From an uncultured Chloroflexia bacterium (GTDB lineage Bacteria; Chloroflexota; Limnocylindria; Limnocylindrales; CSP1-4): a DNA stretch of 64,000 bases. The number at the start of each line of letters is the position of its first letter. The stretch's first letter is position 1. The notes under the pieces were generated by a model that was not told the DNA's origin, ran no database searches, and saw only the letters and a program-made list of their open reading frames with translations. The DNA is taken from NCBI GenBank assembly GCA_963828165.1, contig CAWHDR010000001.1, forward strand, positions 268,775-332,774. The letters run 5' to 3'. This document shows, piece after piece, positions 55,681 through 64,000 of this stretch. A program made the position numbers and the translations under genes.

Positions 55681-57276
55681 GTGCACCATGACGCCGTGAG
55701 CACCTCCGCATCAGCCCTCAGCTCGGTCGTTCCCGCGCGATCGTCGACGTCGCGGGTCGCCGCCGCCGCCGCCGGCGTGGCCGCCGCGGCCGTCGCCCTC
55801 GGAGCCTCGGAGTTGATCGCTGCCGTGCTGCCGGGCGCGACCTCCCTTGTCGCGGCGATCGGCCAGGTCGTCATCGACCTGCAACCGGCGGGCGCCAAGG
55901 ACCTGGTCGTGGCGCTCTTCGGGACCAACGACAAGGTGGCCCTCGAGATCGTCGTGGTCCTCGCGTCGCTGGCGTTCGGTGCTGGCCTCGGCATCGTCGC
56001 CGCGCGTCGCTTCGTCGTCGCGGCTGCGGGCTTTGTCGCATTCGGCGTGCTCGGCTTCGCGGCCGCCCTCGGTAACCCGCTGGCCAACGGGGCCTCCGTT
56101 GCGGCCCAGGCCACGGTGGCGGTCGGGCTCGGCATCCAGACCCTGTCGTGGCTGCTCGCACGGGCACCGCTGGCGGTCGCGGATGCGGTAGGGGTACGCG
56201 CATCGTCGGACCCGGCACGCCGCTCATTCCTGTTGCGGACCGGCGCCGTCAGCCTGTCCGCCCTCGTGGTGGGTCTCGGCGGCCGCAGCCTGCTCGCTGG
56301 TTCGCGGACGGCGCCGATCACGGTGGGGGAGCTGCCGGTCCCCTCGGAGACCGTGCCGCCCATCGCCGCCGGGGCCGACCTTGCGCCGGCGACGCCCGGC
56401 CTGACCCCGATCGTCGTTCCGAATCAGGATTTCTATCGCATCGACACTGCCCTCCTCGTCCCGAGCGTGGACATCGCGACCTGGACGCTGCGCATCCACG
56501 GCCTCGTCGAGCGTGAGACGACGCTGACCTGGGACGAGCTGCTGGCCCTGCCCATGTTCGAGCAGTACGTGACGATCGCCTGCGTCAGCAACGAGGTCGG
56601 GGGCGGGCTGGTCGGGAACGCGAAATGGACGGGGGTCCGGTTGCGCGACGTGCTCGAGATCGCCGGAGTCTCGTCGTCGGCGGACCAGCTGGTGGGCCGG
56701 TCGGTGGACGGATTCACGGCGGGCATGCCGACCGCCTGGGTCATGGACCCGGCCCGCGAGCCCATGATCGCCGTCCAGATGAACGATGAGCCCCTGCCGC
56801 CGGCGCACGGCTACCCCGCGCGGCTCATCGTCCCCGGCCTGTACGGCTACGTATCGGCGACGAAGTGGCTCGCCGAGCTCGAGCTGACCACCCTCGAGGG
56901 GTTCGACGGGTACTGGGTCCCGCTCGGCTGGTCCAAGCTCGCGCCGATCCTGACCCAGTCGCGGATCGACACGCCGCGCGGCGGATCGGTCGCGGCAGGC
57001 CGTGTGCCGATCGCCGGAATCGCCTGGGCACCGGATCGCGGCGTCAGCAAGGTCGAGGTCGCGATCGACGGGGAGTGGCACGACGCGGAGCTCTCGGCTC
57101 CGATCTCGGACACGACCTGGGTCCAGTGGGTCGTGGCCTGGGACGCGACGCCGGGTCAGCACACGGTCAGTGTCCGCGCGACCGATGGGACCGGCGCGGT
57201 CCAGGAAGAGCGGTCGTCGCGGCCCGCGCCGGACGGCGCTCGTGGCTGGCACACGGTCTCGATCTCGGTCTCCTGA
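55681..57276 (+). CDS. molybdopterin-dependent oxidoreductase of the sulfite-oxidase fold with N-terminal membrane domain
   Basis: About 5 N-terminal TM helices. The oxidoreductase molybdopterin-binding domain (TIACVSNEVGGGLVGNAKWTGVRLRDVL, HGYPARLIVPGLYGYVSATKWL) and a Mo-co dimerisation-like C-terminal beta domain. Confidence 0.75.
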   Translation: MHHDAVSTSASALSSVVPARSSTSRVAAAAAGVAAAAVALGASELIAAVLPGATSLVAAIGQVVIDLQPAGAKDLVVALFGTNDKVALEIVVVLASLAFGAGLGIVAARRFVVAAAGFVAFGVLGFAAALGNPLANGASVAAQATVAVGLGIQTLSWLLARAPLAVADAVGVRASSDPARRSFLLRTGAVSLSALVVGLGGRSLLAGSRTAPITVGELPVPSETVPPIAAGADLAPATPGLTPIVVPNQDFYRIDTALLVPSVDIATWTLRIHGLVERETTLTWDELLALPMFEQYVTIACVSNEVGGGLVGNAKWTGVRLRDVLEIAGVSSSADQLVGRSVDGFTAGMPTAWVMDPAREPMIAVQMNDEPLPPAHGYPARLIVPGLYGYVSATKWLAELELTTLEGFDGYWVPLGWSKLAPILTQSRIDTPRGGSVAAGRVPIAGIAWAPDRGVSKVEVAIDGEWHDAELSAPISDTTWVQWVVAWDATPGQHTVSVRATDGTGAVQEERSSRPAPDGARGWHTVSISVS

Positions 57277-57328
57277 CCGGAGCGAAGCCCCCAGCGGCCA
57301 CCGGCGAGAATCGGTATAAAGTCCAGAC

Positions 57329-57910
57329 ATGCCGCGCCGCCGCTACATCTTCGACCCGCCCGAGCGCTTCGTGGCCGGCACGATCGGTGACCCCGGCAAT
57401 CGGACGTTCTTCCTGCAGGCGCGCGACGGTGGCCGGGTGGTCTCGGTCGCGCTCGAGAAGGTCCAGGTCGCGGTCCTCGCGGAGCGACTCGACGATCTGC
57501 TGGGCGAGCTCGATCGCCGTGGCGTGCCCCACGGCGTCCCGGACGAGGTCCTCGCGGATGCGGCCATCGGTCTCGACGATGACGTCTCGGCCCTGGACGA
57601 GCCGCTCGTGGAGGCGTTCCGTGCCGGTTCCCTGACGCTCGGCTGGGACCCGGACGCCGAGCGCGTGCTCCTGGAGGCGCGTGCCCAGGACGAGGAGGGC
57701 GAGGCCATCGATCCCGATGACGACGACGACGAGGACGAGGACGGGCCGGACCTGCTGCGGGTGCGCCTGACCGCGGCAGCGGCCCGCTCATTCGTGGCCC
57801 GGGCCGCCCGGGTCGTGGCGGGCGGCCGCCCGCCCTGCCCGCTGTGTGGAGCTCCGCTCGATCCGCGCGGTCACATCTGCCCGCGCCGGAACGGCCACTA
57901 CGTCAACTAG
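57329..57910 (+). CDS. DUF3090-family protein (actinobacterial, Cys4 C-terminal motif)
   Basis: MPRRRYIFDPPERFVAGTIGDPGNRTFFLQA N-terminus, an acidic linker and a C-terminal CPLCG...HICP motif. Confidence 0.65.
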   Translation: MPRRRYIFDPPERFVAGTIGDPGNRTFFLQARDGGRVVSVALEKVQVAVLAERLDDLLGELDRRGVPHGVPDEVLADAAIGLDDDVSALDEPLVEAFRAGSLTLGWDPDAERVLLEARAQDEEGEAIDPDDDDDEDEDGPDLLRVRLTAAAARSFVARAARVVAGGRPPCPLCGAPLDPRGHICPRRNGHYVN

Positions 57911-58128
57911 CGGCTTCGTCCGCGCCCTGCTCGCAAGCCGGTTCCTCGGCGTCGTACACTGGCGACGGCGCGTTCCCGCGCCCGACTGCCAGACCGAGCC
58001 CCCACGCGGCGCGGCGAAGCGGCAGTAAAGGGGATCCGGATCCTCGGGAGAACCGGTCGACCATCCGACCGGCCGACGACGTGGCGGTGTGGGCGCGTGC
58101 GTCGACGGCCGTGACGGAGAACTGACCG

Positions 58129-59484
58129 ATGACCACCGACAAGGCCTTCAAGCGGGTCGTGCGTGCGCGCATGGCCAAGACCGGCGAGCGATACGCCGCC
58201 GCCCGACGCACGTTGGTCGAGGGCGCCACAGACGGACGACACGCGCAGGCGACGGCCGACGCCGCCACCGCATCTGGCTATCGGCTGCGCGGCGGCCTGC
58301 ACCCGGAGACGGCCACGCTGGCCAACGTCCTGGCGAATCAGGATGTCGTCTCGGGCGTGACCGGCGAGCCCTTGACCGAGGCCGCGATCCTCGGCATCGG
58401 CGGCGGCCTGGGCGCCGGCTACATCCTCTGGGAGTTCAAGAGCCACGGCGGGCCGATCCTCACCCTCGGATTCCGGAACCAGTGGCAATACCCGTCGATC
58501 CCCGGCTGGACGGGCAAGACGCTCGACCGGCTCGGCATCGAGCCCGACCTGCACGAGACCGGCGGGACGAAGCGTGCTCGCGAGGCGCTCGATGCGCGCC
58601 TGCACGCCGGCGTCCCTGTCATCGCCTCTGTCGATCTCCAGTCGGTCGGGACCTGGGGCCAGCCCCCCGCGATGTCGGGGGTCTTCGGTCTCGTCGTCGT
58701 CGTCTTCGGACGTGACGCGGATGGCTCGTACCTCGTTGACGACCGTGGCCAGAGCCCGTTCCGGGTACCACCCGCGACGATGGCGGCAGCACGCGGGCGG
58801 ATCGGCTCGTTCAAGCACCGGATCGTCGGGCTGCGAACGACGCCCGGACCGATCCCGGCCGAACGGCTTCGCGCAGCGCTGCGCGCGGGGCTCGAGGACC
58901 AGGTGGATCACCTGCGATCCCCATCCGACTCGTTCTCCCTTCCGGCCTGGCGCAAGTGGGCCCGGCTGATGACCGACGCTCGGAACGCGAAGGCGTGGCC
59001 GCGGGTCTTCGCCGACGGCCGGGGCCTGTTCGGCTCGCTGTCGGCCCTTCACGAGAGCGTTGACGGCGGAGTCGGGCCGTGGGGTGGGCACTTGCGAGAG
59101 CTGTATGCCGCATCGCTTGACGAGGCGGCCATCGCGCTCGACAACCCCGCGCTCGGCGACGCGGCGCGGGCATGGCGGGGCGTCGCCGACCAGTGGGAGG
59201 AGCTGGCCGACGCGGCGGTACCACCCGATCTCGATGGCGCTGCCGATGCGGTCGAGGCCGTAGAGGCGCTTCATGAGGCGGTCATGGCCGGCGAACCGGG
59301 TCGTTCGCGTGTGAGCGCCGCCGCGGAGACCGTGTCGGCGATCCGGGATCGCTACGCCGACGCCTTCCCCCTTCCACCGGACCGCGTCCCGGCGATCCTC
59401 GAGGATCTCGGCGAGCGGCTCGGCGCGATCTACGGGGCAGAGGTCGACGCGCTCGACACGACCGCTCGGGCCATCGGCAGGTAA
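58129..59484 (+). CDS. BtrH_N/DUF4872-like hypothetical protein (papain-like fold family)
   Basis: 451-aa ORF. A basic N-terminal tail, then a region resembling butirosin BtrH N-terminal domain proteins (GIGGGLGAGYILWEF). The C-terminal helical domain is uncharacterised. Confidence 0.4.
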   Translation: MTTDKAFKRVVRARMAKTGERYAAARRTLVEGATDGRHAQATADAATASGYRLRGGLHPETATLANVLANQDVVSGVTGEPLTEAAILGIGGGLGAGYILWEFKSHGGPILTLGFRNQWQYPSIPGWTGKTLDRLGIEPDLHETGGTKRAREALDARLHAGVPVIASVDLQSVGTWGQPPAMSGVFGLVVVVFGRDADGSYLVDDRGQSPFRVPPATMAAARGRIGSFKHRIVGLRTTPGPIPAERLRAALRAGLEDQVDHLRSPSDSFSLPAWRKWARLMTDARNAKAWPRVFADGRGLFGSLSALHESVDGGVGPWGGHLRELYAASLDEAAIALDNPALGDAARAWRGVADQWEELADAAVPPDLDGAADAVEAVEALHEAVMAGEPGRSRVSAAAETVSAIRDRYADAFPLPPDRVPAILEDLGERLGAIYGAEVDALDTTARAIGR

Positions 59485-59600
59485 AGGGCGCCTCCGCCGC
59501 GCGATCGGCATCGATGGGTAGACTCCCTGCATGACCCGGTCGCGCGGCGCAACCACGCACAACGCCCCCGACGTCGGCTAGTCCGGTCGAGCCGATCAGC

Positions 59601-60329
59601 GTGCCGGATCGCGACGCGACCCTGGAGGTCCTGCGCGATGGCGCCATCTCGATCGTCGGGCGCGTCATCGGCTCGAGCAACAACGCGCTCTTCGTGACGG
59701 TCGCCTGCCCGGAACCCGGGCCGCTCGAGCCGCTCGCCGCCATCTACAAGCCCACGGCGGGCGAGCGCCCGCTCGACGACTTTCCGGATGGGACCCTCAC
59801 ACGCCGAGAGGTCGCCGCGTGGCAGGTCTCGGAGTCGAGCGGCTGGGACATCGTCCCGCCGACGGTGCTGCGTGACGGGCCGTTCGGCGAGGGCATGGTC
59901 CAGGCGTACGTGGAGCCCGATCCCACGGTCGACGTCGTGGAGCTGATCACGTCCGCGGACCCGCGCCTGCGGCGGATGGCCGTGCTCGATGCCGCGATCA
60001 ACAATACCGATCGCAAGGGCGGTCACATCCTGCCGGTGGACGGCGGCCGGCACATCCACGGCGTGGATCACGGCGTGTGCTTCTCGCCCGTGCCGAAGCT
60101 GCGGACGGTGCTGTGGGCGTGGCGCGGCCAGGAACTGGCGCCCGATGAGATCGATGGTCTCCGGCGCGTCCGAGACGACCTCGATGGGCAGCTCGGGGTG
60201 ACGCTACGAGCGTTGCTGGGACGGACCGACCTACGGGCCACGGTCCGGCGCGTGGATTCGTTACTGAAGAGCGGGCGCTTTCCGCTCCCCTCGCCGACGT
60301 GGCCGGCGATCCCCTGGCCGCCGTTCTAG
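59601..60329 (+). CDS. SCO1664-family protein (PI3/4-kinase-like fold)
   Basis: Conserved actinobacterial family. N-terminal GSSNNALFVTV and a kinase-like catalytic loop (NNTDRKGGHILP, DHGVCF). Confidence 0.65.
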   Translation: MPDRDATLEVLRDGAISIVGRVIGSSNNALFVTVACPEPGPLEPLAAIYKPTAGERPLDDFPDGTLTRREVAAWQVSESSGWDIVPPTVLRDGPFGEGMVQAYVEPDPTVDVVELITSADPRLRRMAVLDAAINNTDRKGGHILPVDGGRHIHGVDHGVCFSPVPKLRTVLWAWRGQELAPDEIDGLRRVRDDLDGQLGVTLRALLGRTDLRATVRRVDSLLKSGRFPLPSPTWPAIPWPPF

Positions 60330-60388
60330 CACCGGACATACGTCGGCGGGGTCCGTTTCCGGACCCCGCCGCTCGAGCTTCGTACGGG

Positions 60389-60889
60389 CTAGGCTCGCCC
60401 GAACGCCGCCTTGATGCCGGGCTGCATCAGGTAGTACAGGATGATGGCCGAGATGGCGATGCCGATGATCTGGCCGGAGATGTCCCCGCCGCCGACGATC
60501 GTCAGGACCGCAAGCCCGAGGCTGATCAGCTGCAGCACGACGCCGAGCATCCATGCCCACGGCTGCAGGGTCCAAGCGCCGTAGGCGAACGCCAGGTTGG
60601 CGATCCCTGAGACGAGCAGCAGGAGGCCGAAGATCGCCCCCATGCCGAAGAGGGCGGCCTGCCCGGTCGAGGCCGCGCCGATGCCACCGAGCCCCACCAG
60701 GCCGATGCCCGCGATGATGCTCAGGACGCCGCCGATCGCGGAAAGGACCGCGAGGATCGTGATCCCCGTCGGGCGCGCCGCGCTGGATGTCGTCGCCGGT
60801 ACCGGCGGCGGTGCCGATGGCGGTGCCGATGGCGGTGCCGGCGGCGGGGTGATGGTCGGTTCAGTCATCTGGTGCTGTGCCTCCCTCAT
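60389..60889 (-). CDS. integral membrane protein with Pro-rich N-terminus (4 predicted TM)
   Basis: A (PPSAP)n tract, then Gly/Ile/Leu-rich TM helices. Alternative start ATG 60868. Confidence 0.5.
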   Translation of the reverse strand: MREAQHQMTEPTITPPPAPPSAPPSAPPPVPATTSSAARPTGITILAVLSAIGGVLSIIAGIGLVGLGGIGAASTGQAALFGMGAIFGLLLLVSGIANLAFAYGAWTLQPWAWMLGVVLQLISLGLAVLTIVGGGDISGQIIGIAISAIILYYLMQPGIKAAFGRA

Positions 60890-61067
60890 ACGTATCCGAC
60901 CCGCATCCGAAACGAATGCGATGACGGCATCCTAGCCCCCCGGACCGGTGTGGCAAGGGCTATTTTCGCGGGCCGTTCGACCCGACGCACCACGAGACGC
61001 GGCTCAGGGACAGCCGGAGATCCGTCGGTGGAGGCCCAGTGCAGCGCGGGGCCTTACGATCGGGGCG

Positions 61068-62987
61068 ATGCTCACCATCGACGCGGAGGCGCTTCTGGCC
61101 GACCTGGATCCCGCCCAGCGCGAGGCGGTCACCACGGTCCGCGGACCGCTGTGCATCCTGGCCGGGGCCGGCACGGGCAAGACCCGCGTGATCACACGGC
61201 GGGTCGCGTTTGCCCTGGCGACCGACGCCGTCCGGCCGTCCGACGTCCTGGTCGTGACGTTCACGGACAAGGCCGCGACGGAGATGCGCGACCGCCTGGC
61301 GGCGGCGGGGCGGCGAGGCGTCTCGGCGTTCACGTTCCATGCGGCGGCCCTGCGTCAACTGCGCCATTTCTGGCCGCGGATCCACGACCGCGACCTGCCG
61401 GGAGTCCTCTCCTCGAAGGCGTCGCTGCTCGTGCCGCTGGCGCGATCGTTGCCCGGCGGCTACCGATACCTGGCCGTACGGGACCTCGCAGGCGAGATCG
61501 AGTGGGCGAAGGCACGCCGCATCGCACCCGCGGCCTACGCCGATGGCGTCGTCGCGCAGCGGCACGACGGCCCGCTGCCGCCGGACCTCATGGCTCGGTT
61601 CTACCGGGACTACGAGACCGCGCGCGACCGGGCGGGACTCATCGATTTCGAGGACATGCTGGCGATGACCGTGGAGTTGATCGAAGGCGACGAGGCGGTC
61701 GCGGACGAGGTCCGCTCGCGCTACCGATGGTTCTCGGTCGACGAGTACCAGGACACGAACCCGCTCCAGCAGGCGCTGCTCGACGCCTGGCTCGGGGGTC
61801 GCGATGACCTCGCCGTCGTCGGCGACGAGGACCAGACGATCTACACGTTCACCGGCGCCACGAGCGACTACCTGACTGGGTTCTCCGGTCGATACCCGGA
61901 TGCTGCGATCGTGCGGCTGGAAAGCAATTTCCGTTCGACGCCACAGGTGCTGAGCCTCGCGAACCGCGTGCTGGCCGCCGGACGCGCGGCAAACGACGAG
62001 CGTGCTCCGGGGGCGGCGCCGCGACCGGAGAAGCGGCTCGTACCGACGCTCGATGGTGGGCCGGCTCCGCACATCGCTGGCTTCGACACGGACGAGGCGG
62101 AGGTCGTCGGGATCACGGCCGCCATCCGGGCGCTCACCCGGAACGGCATCACCCACGGCGACATGGCGATCCTCGTCCGCACGAACGCCCAGTTGCCGGC
62201 CCTGGAAGCCGGCCTCGGGGCTGCGGGCATCCCGTTCCACGTCCGGGGAGAACGGTTCTTCGCGCGTCCGGAGGTCCGCCGGGCATTGCGTGTGGCCGCG
62301 ACCCTGGACCGGCCGGCGGAGGCTCGGCGCGTCGCGGAGTCGTCCGAGGCCATGACCGACGCGCTCCCCGCCAGGTTGGCCGAGGCGTTCGAGCACGAGC
62401 TCGGTGTCCGACGCGATGCCGTGCCGGATGGCGATGCCGCGCGCGAACGGCACGCGGCGGTCGTGACGCTCCTCGAGCTCGCGGAGGCGCTCGTGGCCGC
62501 GGATCCGGGCACGGACACGGCCGGCTTCCTCGCCGAGGTCGAGCGTCGAGCGGCGGCGGAGTCGGGTGGGGCGATCAACGGCGTCGAGCTGCTGACCTAC
62601 CACCGCGCCAAGGGGCTGGAGTGGGAGGCCGTCTTCCTGCCCGCGCTCGAAGAGGGCACGCTTCCGATCCGCCAGGCGAGCGAGCCCGGGGAGCTCGCCG
62701 AGGAACGGCGACTGCTCTATGTCGGAATCACGAGGGCGCGCCGGCACCTGTGGCTCTCGTGGGCGCGCCGCCGAACGGCCGCGACCGGACGCGAGGGTCG
62801 GCGCAGCCGGTCGCGCTTCCTCGACGGTCTCATCCCGCAACCGGCCCGGACGGTCAGGGTCGTGCCGTCCGAGACAGCGCCAGCGGGTCGCGGCAGGCGA
62901 CCGCTCGCCGCTCTCCAACGCGCTTCGTGCCTGGCGCACCGAGCGCGCGCGTGCGGACGCGATCGCCCCCTTCATCGTGTTCCATGA
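61068..62987 (+). CDS. UvrD/PcrA-family ATP-dependent DNA helicase (UvrD2-like), apparently frameshifted before its C-terminal domain
   Basis: Start trimmed to ATG 61068 (MLTIDAEAL). Walker A (AGAGTGKT), motif II (FSVDEYQDTN) and motif VI (LLYVGITRAR). After about 62880 the frame yields Arg/Ala-rich nonsense, while the +1 frame encodes an HRDC-like domain. Confidence 0.75.
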   Translation: MLTIDAEALLADLDPAQREAVTTVRGPLCILAGAGTGKTRVITRRVAFALATDAVRPSDVLVVTFTDKAATEMRDRLAAAGRRGVSAFTFHAAALRQLRHFWPRIHDRDLPGVLSSKASLLVPLARSLPGGYRYLAVRDLAGEIEWAKARRIAPAAYADGVVAQRHDGPLPPDLMARFYRDYETARDRAGLIDFEDMLAMTVELIEGDEAVADEVRSRYRWFSVDEYQDTNPLQQALLDAWLGGRDDLAVVGDEDQTIYTFTGATSDYLTGFSGRYPDAAIVRLESNFRSTPQVLSLANRVLAAGRAANDERAPGAAPRPEKRLVPTLDGGPAPHIAGFDTDEAEVVGITAAIRALTRNGITHGDMAILVRTNAQLPALEAGLGAAGIPFHVRGERFFARPEVRRALRVAATLDRPAEARRVAESSEAMTDALPARLAEAFEHELGVRRDAVPDGDAARERHAAVVTLLELAEALVAADPGTDTAGFLAEVERRAAAESGGAINGVELLTYHRAKGLEWEAVFLPALEEGTLPIRQASEPGELAEERRLLYVGITRARRHLWLSWARRRTAATGREGRRSRSRFLDGLIPQPARTVRVVPSETAPAGRGRRPLAALQRASCLAHRARACGRDRPLHRVP

Positions 62988-63147
62988 CAGCACGATCGAG
63001 GCGATCGCCGACCGCCGACCGGCCACGATCCCGGAACTTCGACGCGTGCCGGGCGTCGGGCCGATGAAGCTCGATCGCTATGGAGAAGAGATCATCGCGA
63101 TCGTCGCGCGCACGATCGATCCGACCCCGGACGATGGTCCCCATTGA
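62881..63147 (+). other. HRDC-like C-terminal domain of the helicase encoded in the +1 frame (frameshift or sequencing indel)
   Basis: Frame of ORF 62719..63147 gives SPLSNALRAWRTERARADAIAPFIVFHDSTIEAIADRRPATIPELRRVPGVGPMKLDRYGEEI, an HRDC-type helix-hairpin-helix pattern. Confidence 0.55.
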
Positions 63148-63362
63148 CCGAACGCCCGTTCGAAGGTATCGTTCACAAGTCACCGATCCGCAGCGACGGC
63201 TCCGGTCGAGCGCCTCGAACAACGGACGCTCCCGCCCGCAGCGCGAATCACGAGACCGTTCCGGCCCCCATCTCGGGCTGTCCAGAGCGAAACCAACCAT
63301 CGGCCGCGGCCCAGGACCAAACCACCTGTGGCGCGCCAGAAAGCAATACGAGTATCCAAACC

Positions 63363-63560
63363 ATGATGTCCCGTTCCACCACCACGACCTTTGCCGGTCG
63401 TTCCAGCTCCATGCGCCGCATGCGCCGCCGCGCGACCGCCGCCAACACCGGCTCGCGCATCTTCTGCGGCACCAACGGCTGCCCCAGCTTCCTCGAGGTC
63501 GATCCGACCTCCGGCGTCGCAACCTGCGCGATCTGCGGCTTCACCCGCCGCACCCACTGA
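63363..63560 (+). CDS. small zinc-ribbon protein (65 aa, Cys4)
   Basis: ATG 63363. CGTNGC...CAICG four-Cys pattern preceded by an Arg/Ser-rich tract. Confidence 0.35.
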   Translation: MMSRSTTTTFAGRSSSMRRMRRRATAANTGSRIFCGTNGCPSFLEVDPTSGVATCAICGFTRRTH

Positions 63561-63626
63561 CCTAGCCGACGTCGCACCGGCCGGGATGGCCGACACGGCA
63601 GTCCGCCGAGGCGCCATCCTGCCGGG

Positions 63627-64000
63627 ATGACGTCCCTCCGCGCCCTCGATCGCGCGCGTCTCGCGAGCCACATGGCCGACGAGACCGCGCGCTTCGTCGC
63701 CGAACATCCGCGCTCTCGACAGCTGCACGAGCGCGCCAAGGCGTCGCTCTTGGACGGCGTCCCGATGAACTGGATGGTCCGCTGGGCGGGCCCGTTCCCC
63801 CTGTTCGTCGAGGAAGCCTCCGGTGCCCGGTTCACCTGCGTCGACGGACACGAGTACGTGGATCTTTGCCTCGGCGACACCGGGGCCATGGCCGGCCATG
63901 GCCCCGGGCCGACCGTCGCCGCCGTCGAGCGCCAGCTCCGCCGCGGCATCACGCACATGCTCCCGACCGAGGACGCCATCTGGTCCGGCGAGGAGCTCCA
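63627..64000 (+). CDS. class-III pyridoxal-phosphate aminotransferase (glutamate-1-semialdehyde aminomutase-like), 3' truncated by window edge
   Basis: ATG 63627, open to the window end. An N-terminus typical of the GSA-aminomutase/AT-III family (LLDGVPMNWM...FVEEASGARFTCVDGHEYVDLC). Confidence 0.55.
   Translation, partial: MTSLRALDRARLASHMADETARFVAEHPRSRQLHERAKASLLDGVPMNWMVRWAGPFPLFVEEASGARFTCVDGHEYVDLCLGDTGAMAGHGPGPTVAAVERQLRRGITHMLPTEDAIWSGEEL

Noticed and set aside
1-64000. Search for CRISPR arrays, tRNA/rRNA genes and IS elements
   Set aside because: There are no short regularly spaced direct repeats, no cloverleaf-like conserved tRNA features in the few non-coding gaps, and no transposase- or integrase-like ORFs. 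All gaps are short promoter-sized regions.

Overview
The window is a high-GC (roughly 70%) actinobacterial-type chromosomal segment, about 90% coding, with no rRNA, tRNA, CRISPR array, transposase or integrase that I could recognise. It holds two carbohydrate-utilisation loci. The first (11.8-26.1 kb) is a galactose/arabinan cluster with galT, two GH43, GH2, a GH1-like gene, an ABC sugar importer, an ArsR-type regulator and galK. The second (43.8-51.9 kb) is GntR-controlled, with an ABC importer, a CE4 deacetylase, a BadF-type sugar kinase, a KDPG aldolase and a divergent GH4 gene preceded by a near-perfect AT-rich palindrome. There is a signalling cluster made of an ECF41-type sigma factor, a STAS anti-sigma antagonist and a ~1088-aa histidine kinase whose poly-HAMP array is encoded by 276-bp tandem DNA repeats. 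A translationally coupled pair of dynamin-like GTPases sits next to a DUF2723 membrane protein and an M24 peptidase. An operon encodes a PAS-GGDEF-EAL protein, an FtsH paralog and a serine hydrolase. A small lower-GC islet appears to be inserted at the 3' end of msrA, with the displaced gene tail duplicated 1.3 kb downstream. There are also several decayed genes (an internally deleted alpha/beta hydrolase, an N-terminally truncated globin, a frameshifted UvrD2-like helicase) and an actinobacterial DUF3090/SCO1664 pair split by a BtrH_N-like gene. Long antisense ORFs in the six-frame track are high-GC artefacts. All functional calls are from motif and family recognition by eye; no database searches were run.
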